From contig QCDI01000008.1 of assembly GCA_003280965.1 (NCBI GenBank), positions 1 through 64,000 of the forward strand: a stretch of DNA of 64,000 nt. The letters are read 5' to 3'. Of the stretch, positions 1-8,672 are shown piece after piece; position 1 is the first letter of the stretch, and each line of letters starts with the position of its first letter. Under the pieces are notes generated by a model. The model had not been told where the DNA came from, ran no database searches, and saw nothing but the letters and a program-made list of their open reading frames with translations. A program made the position numbers and the translations under genes. The stretch comes from Prochlorococcus sp. AG-355-B18. Its GTDB lineage: Bacteria > Cyanobacteriota > Cyanobacteriia > PCC-6307 > Cyanobiaceae.

Positions 1-306
1 TTCACACTTCCAATTAACCTTTTTATTACTTCCAGAAATTAAAGTTGCAGGATCCCAACCATCTGCCTCTGCTGCTATTTCAGGGAATTTTGTTTTTAAA
101 TCGTTAAATCCCTTCAATACTTTTTTGCCCGCACAGTAAGGGCATCCACTATTCATACTTGTTCTTGATTTTATTGGTGCGAGATATCTATGACCTTGTT
201 TGCACTTCCAATTAACCTTTTTATTACTCCCATAAGAAATTTCCGATGGATCCCAACCATCTGCTTCTACTGCTATTTCAGGAAATTTAGATTGCAAATC
301 ATTCAT
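1..306 (-). CDS. Tandem zinc-ribbon repeat protein (DUF4379/treble-clef-like), 5' part only; runs off the window edge
   Basis: Manual translation from ATG at 306: MNDLQSKFPEIAVEADGWDPSEISYGSNKKVNWKCKQGHRYLAPIKSRTSMNSGCPYCAGKKVLKGFNDLKTKFPEIAAEADGWDPATLISGSNKKVNWKCE. WKC-x2-GH...GCPYC motif and 66-aa repeat; in-frame TGA upstream at 319-321. Not in the ORF track because there is no stop in the window. Confidence 0.85.
   Translation of the reverse strand, partial: MNDLQSKFPEIAVEADGWDPSEISYGSNKKVNWKCKQGHRYLAPIKSRTSMNSGCPYCAGKKVLKGFNDLKTKFPEIAAEADGWDPATLISGSNKKVNWKCE
5..303. repeat. 198-bp-period internal coding repeat
   Basis: CACTTCCAATTAACCTTTTTATTACT starts at 5 and at 203; GGATCCCAACCATCTGC and GCTATTTCAGG also recur at the same offset. 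Confidence 0.9.
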
Positions 307-450
307 ACATCCATATTTTCAAGAACTATTTTATTGCAGGCAAGAAAATTATCATTCAACTAATTTTAAATATCTTGTCAACAATAAGAAAATAAGGAAT
401 TTTGAGTAATTTAAAATCACTATCAAATACTTAATGATCACAAATTTATA

Positions 451-496
451 ATTTCCTCCCCTAATACATTAAATTTACTCCCCTATTTCCTCCCCT
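451..496. repeat. Three 12-bp direct repeats ATTT(C/A)CTCCCCT, candidate integrase arm-type sites
   Basis: ATTTCCTCCCCT 451-462, ATTTACTCCCCT 473-484, ATTTCCTCCCCT 485-496; 115-160 bp beyond the tRNA-Ser 3' end. The repeats are seen directly, the function is inferred. Confidence 0.75.
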
Positions 497-611
497 GACA
501 AACTGATACTTGATGATATTATTTGAATATCCCTGATTTCCTAATTATTGGTTATTTCAGTTATAACTGGGATTTTGGGTCATTATGAACTTCTACGAAT
601 CGTAATATCTA

Positions 612-700
612 CGGAGAGGGAGGGATTCGAACCCTCGACAAAAGTTACCTCCTGTAACTCCTTAGCAGGGAGCCGCTTTCAACCACTCAGCCACCTCTCC
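612..700 (-). tRNA. trnS: tRNA-Ser(GCT)
   Basis: Reverse complement GGAGAGGTGGCTGAGTGGTTGAAAGCGGCTCCCTGCTAAGGAGT...GGTTCGAATCCCTCCCTCTCCG; long variable arm; anticodon GCT. Confidence 0.97.
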
Positions 701-761
701 AGTTCTTATACATTATCAATTTTTATGCAAACATTCAAAATTTTTTATTTAATCGAAATGT

Positions 762-1961
762 CTAATCAACTTGAACTCTCGGTAATCTATTTTTAAAAGA
801 ACAAAGAATTTCCCATGGAATAGTATTAGATTCTCTTGCCCAATCAAGAGGTGAAATTGTTTTATCTCCATCAGATCCTAGTAATATCATCGTACTACCA
901 ATTTTAATTTCATTTGAATCTGTGATGTCTACCATCATTTGATCCATAGTTATAGATCCAACTTGAGGATAAAGCGTATTTTTGTAGATAACATTTATCT
1001 TGCCTGAAAGATTTCTTGGGACACCATCTGCATAACCAATACTCAATACAGCTAATTTAGTTTTTTTACTACTTACAAATTTTCCTCCATAACTTACACT
1101 TACACCTGGATCAATAATTCTTATAAAAGCTACTTTGACCTTCAAAAATAAAGCTGGTTTAAGCGATAATTTTTTATCTATTTTTGCTTGAGGACTATAT
1201 CCATACATAGAGAGTCCTACACGCACCATTTGAAAATGAAAATCTTTATTAAGGAGCATGCCTGCAGAATTAGCCAAATGAATCTTAATATTGTTATTTC
1301 TATCGATGTTAATTTGTTTTAATAATTCCTGAAATTTCTGCCTTTGAATTTGTGTTGTACTTTTAGGGTCTAATGAATCATATTCATCCGCAGATGATAA
1401 ATGACTGTATATTCCTTCAATAGAAATATTTTCAAAAAATTTTATTTTTTCAAATTGCTGCACAAATCTATTGTATTCAAATCCTAATCTTGACATTCCA
1501 GTATCAACCTTAAGATGTAAAGAAAATTTTAATCCAAAGTGCTTACCAATATTATTGCAAATTAAACATTCTCTTATACTGCTTATAGTTGGCATAAGAT
1601 CATTTTTAAAAGATATTATTAAATCCTTCTTCGTATAAAGATTTCCAAGAATAAGAATTGGTTGTTTAATTCCGGAAGAACGAAGCTTAATACCTTCTTT
1701 TAAAGTGGCAACTCCTAGTTGCGAAGCTCCACCTTTGATAGCGTATTCAGAGACTACTTTTGCATCATGTCCATATCCATCCGCTTTAACAACTGCCATA
1801 AATTGACAATTTTTACTTAATTTTGATCTTAACTCCCTTACATTTGTTTCTATTGCTTTACCTCTAACTTCAATCCATGCTCTTTGTTTTGGATCTATAT
1901 CATTTTCATAAGTTAGATATTTATCAAAATTAAATCCTTGATTTGTGTGCCGAATTTGCAT
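762..1961 (-). CDS. alr: Alanine racemase
   Basis: AVVKADGYGH PLP-lysine motif, HLKVDTGMSRLG, GYADG. Confidence 0.97.
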   Translation of the reverse strand: MQIRHTNQGFNFDKYLTYENDIDPKQRAWIEVRGKAIETNVRELRSKLSKNCQFMAVVKADGYGHDAKVVSEYAIKGGASQLGVATLKEGIKLRSSGIKQPILILGNLYTKKDLIISFKNDLMPTISSIRECLICNNIGKHFGLKFSLHLKVDTGMSRLGFEYNRFVQQFEKIKFFENISIEGIYSHLSSADEYDSLDPKSTTQIQRQKFQELLKQINIDRNNNIKIHLANSAGMLLNKDFHFQMVRVGLSMYGYSPQAKIDKKLSLKPALFLKVKVAFIRIIDPGVSVSYGGKFVSSKKTKLAVLSIGYADGVPRNLSGKINVIYKNTLYPQVGSITMDQMMVDITDSNEIKIGSTMILLGSDGDKTISPLDWARESNTIPWEILCSFKNRLPRVQVD

Positions 1962-2030
1962 TAACTTTGCACAATATATATGCGCTTATTGAAATATACA
2001 GTTAGCATGACATGTAAATTGTATTTTGGC

Positions 2031-2537
2031 ATGGGCCAGACTCTAGTTTTAAATGCTTCTTATGAACCTTTAAACATCACTTCTTGGCGAAGAGCTGTTA
2101 TTTTGATGATCAAAGGTAAAGCAGAAAGCTTAGAGGAAGATAAATCATATTCGATACATTGTGGTAGAAAATTACCTACAGTTATAAGACTTCGTTACTA
2201 CGTAAAGGTACCTTTTAGAGAGGTTTCTTTAACAAGAAAAAATATTCTTCTAAGAGATAATAATGCTTGCCAATACTGTAACTATAGGGGCGGTGATTTA
2301 TCCATAGATCATGTTTTACCTAGAAGTAGAGGAGGAACTGATAACTGGGAAAATGTTACCACTGCTTGTCTAAGATGTAATGTTCAAAAAGGTAACCGTA
2401 CCCCAGAAGAAGCAAATATGCCTTTAAAAAGAAAACCGTACCGTCCACTTAGTAATCTCAATTTTGAGGCTACAAGGCAAATTGATTCTGGCAGACATAA
2501 AGAATGGAGTAAATATGTAATAGGAGTTGCAATCTAA
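2031..2537 (+). CDS. HNH endonuclease (McrA-like/COG1403 family)
   Basis: LVLNASYEPL N-terminus, RDNNACQYC, IDHVLPRSRGG, ACLRCNVQKG; start moved to ATG 2031. Confidence 0.92.
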   Translation: MGQTLVLNASYEPLNITSWRRAVILMIKGKAESLEEDKSYSIHCGRKLPTVIRLRYYVKVPFREVSLTRKNILLRDNNACQYCNYRGGDLSIDHVLPRSRGGTDNWENVTTACLRCNVQKGNRTPEEANMPLKRKPYRPLSNLNFEATRQIDSGRHKEWSKYVIGVAI

Positions 2538-2550
2538 TAAAAATAAAATT

Positions 2551-3645
2551 TTAATTTGCTTCGTTATTAAAATCTTCCATCATTCTCTTTTGTTCTTGTG
2601 CTATACATGCATCAATTACTTCATCCAATTGACCAGCGAGAATTGGCTCTAGTGAAAAATTGGAACCCAATCTATGATCAGTTGTTCTGTTATCTTTGAA
2701 GTTATAAGTTCTAATTTTTTCACTTCTATCTCCTGTACCCACCTGTGAAAGCCTCTGAGATCTTTCTTGCGCATTAGCTTCTTTTAATTGAATTTCATAT
2801 AATTTGGCTCTTAAAATTTCCATCGCTCGTTCACGATTTTGTAATTGCGATCTCTCTTGAGTGCAAAAAACTCGTATCCCTGTGGGCTTGTGAAGAAGAT
2901 CAATAGCAGTCTCTACTTTATTAACATTTTGTCCCCCTGCACCTCCTGATCTTGCTGTGCCAATCTCTATATCAGTTGGGTCAATCTTAACCTCAACGGG
3001 ATCAGCCTCAGGCATTACAGCAACAGTAGCAGTTGAGGTGTGCACTCTGCCTTGAGATTCAGTAGCTGGAACTCTTTGAACTCTATGTACACCAGCCTCG
3101 AATTTAAGTTGACTGTATACTGAATCTCCCTTGACAGAGATAACTAACTCTTTGAATCCACCCATATCTGACTCTGAAGCACTAATGGGTTTTACAGACC
3201 ATCCAATTTTTTGTCCATATCTTTCATACATTCTTGCTAAATCTCCCGCCCATATACAAGCCTCGTTACCTCCAGCACCTGCTCTGATTTCTAACATTAC
3301 ACTTCTTTCATCCCTTGGATCTTTTGGTAATAAAGCGATTGTAGCTTTTTGAATAAGTTTATTCTTACATTCCTCTAGGATAATTAATTCCTCATTTATT
3401 AAAGATTCCATCTCTTTATCTTGTCTACTCTCTTTTAGTAGATTTTTTGAATCTTCAATTTCCTTATCAGTTTCAAGTAACTTTTTAAAGTCAATCACTA
3501 AAGGTTCCAATTTTGACCTTTCTCTTGCTATTGACTCTAATTTCTTAGGATCATTTGCTACGTCAGGATCTGCAAGTTGCACTTCCAAATTTTCAAAACT
3601 TTCTGAAGCAGTTTTCAACCTTGCAATTAGTGTTGAGTATTCCAA
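2551..3645 (-). CDS. prfA: Peptide chain release factor 1
   Basis: GGQ motif, [14 protein letters not shown]. Confidence 0.97.
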   Translation of the reverse strand: MEYSTLIARLKTASESFENLEVQLADPDVANDPKKLESIARERSKLEPLVIDFKKLLETDKEIEDSKNLLKESRQDKEMESLINEELIILEECKNKLIQKATIALLPKDPRDERSVMLEIRAGAGGNEACIWAGDLARMYERYGQKIGWSVKPISASESDMGGFKELVISVKGDSVYSQLKFEAGVHRVQRVPATESQGRVHTSTATVAVMPEADPVEVKIDPTDIEIGTARSGGAGGQNVNKVETAIDLLHKPTGIRVFCTQERSQLQNRERAMEILRAKLYEIQLKEANAQERSQRLSQVGTGDRSEKIRTYNFKDNRTTDHRLGSNFSLEPILAGQLDEVIDACIAQEQKRMMEDFNNEAN

Positions 3646-3672
3646 TTGAAATTTTGCTAAAGTTTGAAAATT

Positions 3673-3933
3673 CTATTTTTTAGAATCTTTTTCTTCTTTT
3701 TGCTCTTTTGATGTGGCTGAATTAGCTGAACCCATTCCATATTTTTTCATAAACCTATCGACTCTACCTTCTGTATCAAGAATTTTCTGAGTTCCTGTAA
3801 AGAAAGGATGATTACCACTCCATACATCAACATGTAATTCAGGCTGAGTTGAACCTGTCGTCATTACAACTTCTCCATTACAAATAACTTTTGCATCTGG
3901 ATACCATTTTGGATGAATTTCTGATTTTGGCAT
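3673..3933 (-). CDS. rpmE: 50S ribosomal protein L31
   Basis: MPKSEIHPKW...SGNHPFFTG; start moved to ATG 3933. Confidence 0.96.
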   Translation of the reverse strand: MPKSEIHPKWYPDAKVICNGEVVMTTGSTQPELHVDVWSGNHPFFTGTQKILDTEGRVDRFMKKYGMGSANSATSKEQKEEKDSKK

Positions 3934-3946
3934 AATTAAAATTCCT

Positions 3947-4357
3947 TTAACGCTTGGAGAATTGTGGAGCTTTTCTTGCTTTTTTAAGACCATATTTTCT
4001 TCTTTCTTTAGCTCTAGGATCTCTACTGAGGTGACCTTCAGTTTTTAAAGGTTTCCTGTTATCTGGAGATAATTCGCAAAGTGCTCTTGCTGCGCCTTGT
4101 TTAATAGCATCTGCTTGGCCAGTCAATCCACCTCCAAATACATTGACTAAAATATCATAAGAATTTTCTAGGCCTAAAGTTTGCAAAGGTGCTTTTATTG
4201 AATTTAGATGCAGGGGATTGAAGTTTAAGTAATCATCTCCTGAACGTCCATTAATTTTGATTTGTCCATCACCAGGAATCAAACGAACTCTAGCTACTGA
4301 AGTTTTTCTTCTTCCAGTTCCCCAATAAACAGCTTTGTTTTTTATTTGACTATTCAT
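3947..4357 (-). CDS. rpsI: 30S ribosomal protein S9
   Basis: [13 protein letters not shown]-terminal KAPQFSKR. Confidence 0.98.
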   Translation of the reverse strand: MNSQIKNKAVYWGTGRRKTSVARVRLIPGDGQIKINGRSGDDYLNFNPLHLNSIKAPLQTLGLENSYDILVNVFGGGLTGQADAIKQGAARALCELSPDNRKPLKTEGHLSRDPRAKERRKYGLKKARKAPQFSKR

Positions 4358-4367
4358 TATTAGTAAA

Positions 4368-4799
4368 TTAACTATTTAATAATACAGGATTCTGGGCAGC
4401 ATGAGGATGATCAGCACCTTTATAAACTTTTAATTTTTTAAATTGCTGTCTTCCTAAAGAGTTATGTGGGAGCATACCTTTAACAGCTTGCTCGATGATT
4501 CTTTCAGGAATTCTCTCTTGTAGAGACTCAAATTTTTCAACTTTCATTCCTCCAGGTCTGCCAGAATGTCTTCTATACAACTTTTGTGATGCTTTTTTTC
4601 CCGTTACCTCAACTTGTTCAGCATTTACAACAATGACAAAATCACCTGTATCTAAATGAGGAGTAAATGTTGGTTTATTTTTTCCTCTTAAAACAGTTGC
4701 AATTTCTGTAGCAAGTCTTCCAAGTGTCTTATCTTTTGCGTCAACTAAAAACCAATTTCTTTCAATGGTTTCTAAAGACGGAGTCATTGTTTTATTCAT
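4368..4799 (-). CDS. rplM: 50S ribosomal protein L13
   Basis: WFLVDA...LGRLA...[10 protein letters not shown]. Confidence 0.98.
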   Translation of the reverse strand: MNKTMTPSLETIERNWFLVDAKDKTLGRLATEIATVLRGKNKPTFTPHLDTGDFVIVVNAEQVEVTGKKASQKLYRRHSGRPGGMKVEKFESLQERIPERIIEQAVKGMLPHNSLGRQQFKKLKVYKGADHPHAAQNPVLLNS

Positions 4800-4914
4800 T
4801 TACCAAATTTATGCAGATAAACTTTAATTCAGTTCTAAATTCTACCTTACAGGAGGAGTATTCAACAAACATTTTAGGTTATTTAAACAAATAACTCGCT
4901 TTAATCAAATTTAC

Positions 4915-5721
4915 TTAAGAAAAACCCTTAATTAAAAAAACTGGGAAAAAATCGTTGTTATTGATCTTTTTAAAAACATTTTTTTCATATACAGCATTTA
5001 CAAAACATAAACCTTTAGCTGGAGCGGACTCTTTAACATCATTTTTCTTTTTATTAACCCATCTATCTGTAAAAATTTCTGGTGATATTTTTTTTTCTCC
5101 AACTAACACCAGTTGACCAACTATTAAACGTACCATTCCATAGAGAAAACCAGTAGCTTTAATATCAATTAAAATTAAATCCTCCACTCTTTTAATATCT
5201 ATATTTTTGATTTTTGTAATAGAATTTTTTCTATTACTTCCACTTTTCTGAAAAGCAAAAAAATCATGTTCTCCTTCCATACTCTTTGAAGCATTTGACA
5301 TTAAAACTTCATCTAGATTTTTTTGGTATCTATGCCATGTCCAATTATTTATAAACAAGTTAGGTAATTTACTGTTATTGATGACATATCGATAGTGTCT
5401 ATAGATTGCTGAATAACATGCATGCCAACCATCTTTAACCTCAACCGATTCCAAAATTCTAATTGTTGAAGGTAAACAACTATTTAGTACATCCGAAAAA
5501 CGATTTCCTGGAATAACACAATCAACATCAAAATGCACTACTTGACCTGATGCATGAACTCCAGCATCAGTTCTTCCTGCCGCAAAAGTTGTCACGGTAT
5601 TATTGGTAATTTTTAAAAGAGACTTCTCTAGAATTTCCTGAACTGCAGTTGCATTTTTTTGTCTTTGCCAACCTGAATAACTAGATCCGTCATATTGGAC
5701 TAGTAAAGCTACCCTTTTCAA
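4915..5721 (-). CDS. truA: tRNA pseudouridine(38-40) synthase
   Basis: YDGSSYSGWQRQ, AGRTDAGVHA, FLYGMVR. Confidence 0.97.
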   Translation of the reverse strand: MKRVALLVQYDGSSYSGWQRQKNATAVQEILEKSLLKITNNTVTTFAAGRTDAGVHASGQVVHFDVDCVIPGNRFSDVLNSCLPSTIRILESVEVKDGWHACYSAIYRHYRYVINNSKLPNLFINNWTWHRYQKNLDEVLMSNASKSMEGEHDFFAFQKSGSNRKNSITKIKNIDIKRVEDLILIDIKATGFLYGMVRLIVGQLVLVGEKKISPEIFTDRWVNKKKNDVKESAPAKGLCFVNAVYEKNVFKKINNNDFFPVFLIKGFS

Positions 5722-5758
5722 AAGTTATATTCTAATAAAATCCCCTTTCTAAACAAAC

Positions 5759-6109
5759 TCAAACAAGCTCAATTATAGCCATCTGAGCGTTATCACCTTT
5801 TCTTGATACGGTCCTGACTATGCGTGTATAACCCCCTTTTCTATCTCCATATCTTTCTTTTGCTTTTTCAAATAATGAATGAACTAATTTCTTATCATAA
5901 ATATATCCAATGGCCCTTCTCCTAGCAGACAAACTACCATCTTTAGCAAGAGAAATCATCCTTTCGGCTTCGTTTCTTAAAGCTTTTGCCCTAGCTTTTG
6001 TTGTTGTTACTCTACCTTCCTTAATTAATTGTGTAGTTAAACCTCTTAAAAGTGCTTTCCTCTGGTCAGCAGGTTTACTTAATAATGGAATTCTAAGTTG
6101 GTGTCTCAT
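5759..6109 (-). CDS. rplQ: 50S ribosomal protein L17
   Basis: MRH...TTKARAK...GGYTRI. Confidence 0.98.
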   Translation of the reverse strand: MRHQLRIPLLSKPADQRKALLRGLTTQLIKEGRVTTTKARAKALRNEAERMISLAKDGSLSARRRAIGYIYDKKLVHSLFEKAKERYGDRKGGYTRIVRTVSRKGDNAQMAIIELV

Positions 6110-6123
6110 AATCTTAAAAAATT

Positions 6124-7062
6124 TTAAACTGAGGTTCTGCTTTGTGGAATAGAAATTCCGATGCGCTCTAGAGCTTCAATAACCTCATCTGCAGATTTAG
6201 AGCCAAAGTTCTTAATTTCAAGAAGATCTTCATAGCTAAAGCCCATTAAATCAGAAACCGAGTTAACTTGTGCTCTTTTTAAACAATTATATGCTCTAAC
6301 GGACAAGTTTAGTTCCTCAAGAGGAATTTGAGCTTCAGGAGATGGTTCAGGTTCTTCAGGGATTTCTTCAACCATTGTAACAGTAGCAAGAGGTTGAAAA
6401 AGTTCTATTAACTGATTTGCAGCTTTAGCAATTGCATCATCAGGAGTTGTTGAACCATCTGTTACTACTTCCATTTTTAATCTTTCTCTACCTGTCCCCC
6501 CCTCTGCTACAGCAGTTTCATCAATTGTAAAATTAACTCTCTTCACAGGCATAAATACAGCATCTATTTGAAGTAAATCGATTGCAGTTGTTTCTTCATT
6601 CTTTCTATCAACCGGTCTATATCCAACACCTCTTTCAACATGGATTTCTAACTCTAAGTTATGACCTTCCTGAATAGTTGCAATTGGTTTTTCACCATCA
6701 ACAATTTCAACTTGAGATGAGAATTGAATATCATTTGCCTTCACCTCCATTGGACCACTTGCTACTAACCTACCGATTTCGAGCTCCGGATTAGAACTAT
6801 TAATTGATAGTTGCTTACAATTGAGAAGAATATCTAGAACGTCTTCTCTAACTCCAGGAATAGTTGCATATTCGTGATTAATTCCTGCTATTCTTACTGC
6901 AGTTACTGCACTTCCTTCAAGTCCACCCATAAGGACTCTCCTAAGCGAGTTTCCTAAAGTAGTAGCTTGACCTCTTTCTAGAGGTCCAATTAAAAAAGTA
7001 CCTGTTTGGGAGCGATCATCTGATATTTGATGGTCGATTCTGTCAATCTGGTATTGCAACAC
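6124..7062 (-). CDS. rpoA: RNA polymerase alpha subunit
   Basis: [30 protein letters not shown] start. Confidence 0.98.
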   Translation of the reverse strand: MLQYQIDRIDHQISDDRSQTGTFLIGPLERGQATTLGNSLRRVLMGGLEGSAVTAVRIAGINHEYATIPGVREDVLDILLNCKQLSINSSNPELEIGRLVASGPMEVKANDIQFSSQVEIVDGEKPIATIQEGHNLELEIHVERGVGYRPVDRKNEETTAIDLLQIDAVFMPVKRVNFTIDETAVAEGGTGRERLKMEVVTDGSTTPDDAIAKAANQLIELFQPLATVTMVEEIPEEPEPSPEAQIPLEELNLSVRAYNCLKRAQVNSVSDLMGFSYEDLLEIKNFGSKSADEVIEALERIGISIPQSRTSV

Positions 7063-7117
7063 GGAAAAAAATGAGATTAAAAGTTTTTTTTGGGGGGGGT
7101 TGGAGAATGGTTAAGAC

Positions 7118-7510
7118 CTAAACGCGTCTCCTTTTAGGCCTTCTACATCCATTATGAGGTAATGGAGTCACATCTCTTATTAGAGTTATTTCTAAACCGG
7201 CCACTTGTAAAGCTCTTATGGCCGTTTCCCTACCTGAGCCAGGTCCTCTAACCAATACTTCTATTTGTCTCATACCTTGATCAAGTGCTCTCCTAGCCGC
7301 AGCTTCAGCAGCTGTTTGAGCAGCAAATGGCGTACCTTTCCTAGCCCCTTTAAATCCACTGGCACCAGCAGAAGACCAAGAAATTACATGGCCAGAAGTG
7401 TCAGTAATTGAGACTATAGTGTTATTAAATGTGCTTTGAATATGTACCACACCATTCGGTACATTACGTTTGGATTTCTTTGAGCCTGTTTTTTTTGCTG
7501 TAGCTGCCAT
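7118..7510 (-). CDS. rpsK: 30S ribosomal protein S11
   Basis: [18 protein letters not shown]. Confidence 0.98.
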   Translation of the reverse strand: MAATAKKTGSKKSKRNVPNGVVHIQSTFNNTIVSITDTSGHVISWSSAGASGFKGARKGTPFAAQTAAEAAARRALDQGMRQIEVLVRGPGSGRETAIRALQVAGLEITLIRDVTPLPHNGCRRPKRRRV

Positions 7511-7554
7511 GATGTTTTAATTCAATATTAGGGTTTATAAATATGTTTAGTTAA

Positions 7555-7920
7555 TTATTTTTTTCTTCCAGCAACTGTTTTTCTTGAACCCCGTCTTGTT
7601 CTTGCGTTAGTTCTAGTTCTTTGGCCTCTGACTGGAAGACTCATTCTATGCCTTCTACCTCTAACACAACCTATATCTTGTAAACGTTTTAAGGCCATTC
7701 CCTCTTTTCTTCTCAAATCACCTTCTAAAGTAAATTCCTCTGTAGCACCTCTAAGTTTTTGCACATCAGAATCTGAAAGATCTTTTACACGAATATCTGG
7801 GTTTACACCCGTATTTGCAAGAATTAGCTTTGATCTTGTTAAGCCAATTCCATAGACGTATGTAAGTGCAATTTCAACTCGCTTTTCGCGAGGTATGTCA
7901 ATTCCTGCAATCCTGGCCAC
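7555..7920 (-). CDS. rpsM: 30S ribosomal protein S13
   Basis: [22 protein letters not shown]. Confidence 0.98.
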   Translation of the reverse strand: MARIAGIDIPREKRVEIALTYVYGIGLTRSKLILANTGVNPDIRVKDLSDSDVQKLRGATEEFTLEGDLRRKEGMALKRLQDIGCVRGRRHRMSLPVRGQRTRTNARTRRGSRKTVAGRKK

Positions 7921-7961
7921 GTGTTTTGAATAAATAAAAGTTTGAATTAAAGGGTTGAAAT

Positions 7962-8078
7962 TTAACCCTGACGCTGTTTATTGCGAGGTCTTTTCTTGTT
8001 AATAACATAGATTTTACCTCTTCGCCTCACGATCTGATCGTCAGGACTAATTTTTTTGACTGAAGATCTGACCTTCAT
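7962..8078 (-). CDS. rpmJ: 50S ribosomal protein L36, Cys-free (C-) form, 38 aa
   Basis: Manual translation [38 protein letters not shown]; canonical position between adk and rpsM; below the ORF-track size cutoff. Confidence 0.96.
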   Translation of the reverse strand: MKVRSSVKKISPDDQIVRRRGKIYVINKKRPRNKQRQG

Positions 8079-8123
8079 AGGGGTTTTACAAATAAAACGT
8101 TAATACTATATTCTACATCATCA

Positions 8124-8672
8124 TCAAGCCATTTTTTGTTTGATATCAGAGGAAATGGTTTTTAAATCTCTATCAGCATCGATATACTCTAGTAAAGAAA
8201 GATCTTTAAAATATTGAATCAATGGTTCTGTAGTTTTTTTATAAATGTCAACTCTTGTTCTAATAGTATCTTCCGTATCATCTTTTCTCCCTCTTAAAAG
8301 CAAACGCTTAATTAGAACTTCTTCCGGAATATCTAAGTAAAAAACTATTTCTAAAGGTTGATTTATTTCAATTAAAACCTCATTCAAGGAATTTGCTTGC
8401 GATAAATTTCTCGGGTAGCCATCTAGGATCCAACCATCATTATCCCTATCTAAATTATGCCTTACTATTTTTAAAACAAGTTCATCACTTACAAGTTCTC
8501 CACGATTAATAATATCCTTTACCTGTCTACCAAGGATAGTATTCAATTCAATTTCTTTTCTTAATAATTCACCTGTGGAAAGATGCAAGTAAGAATTGGT
8601 TTTGCTTAGTAATTCCGCCTGGGTCCCTTTACCTGCGCCAGGTGCTCCTAAGAATAATATATGTTTTTTCAT
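8124..8672 (-). CDS. adk: Adenylate kinase (short LID)
   Basis: [16 protein letters not shown]. Confidence 0.97.
   Translation of the reverse strand: MKKHILFLGAPGAGKGTQAELLSKTNSYLHLSTGELLRKEIELNTILGRQVKDIINRGELVSDELVLKIVRHNLDRDNDGWILDGYPRNLSQANSLNEVLIEINQPLEIVFYLDIPEEVLIKRLLLRGRKDDTEDTIRTRVDIYKKTTEPLIQYFKDLSLLEYIDADRDLKTISSDIKQKMA

Larger units (their letters stand above)
1..611. mobile_element. Probable edge (att junction) of a genomic island or integrative element at tRNA-Ser
   Basis: Non-core repeat gene, clustered direct repeats and palindromes immediately 3' of a tRNA; no integrase visible within the window. Confidence 0.55.

Noticed and set aside
451..496. Direct repeats as a CRISPR array
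   Set aside because: The repeats are 12 bp with 10-bp and 0-bp gaps; there are no unique spacers and no cas genes.
548..796. 82-aa plus-strand ORF
   Set aside because: It is the antisense reading of tRNA-Ser (EREGFEPS is a typical tRNA shadow) and overlaps the alr 3' end.
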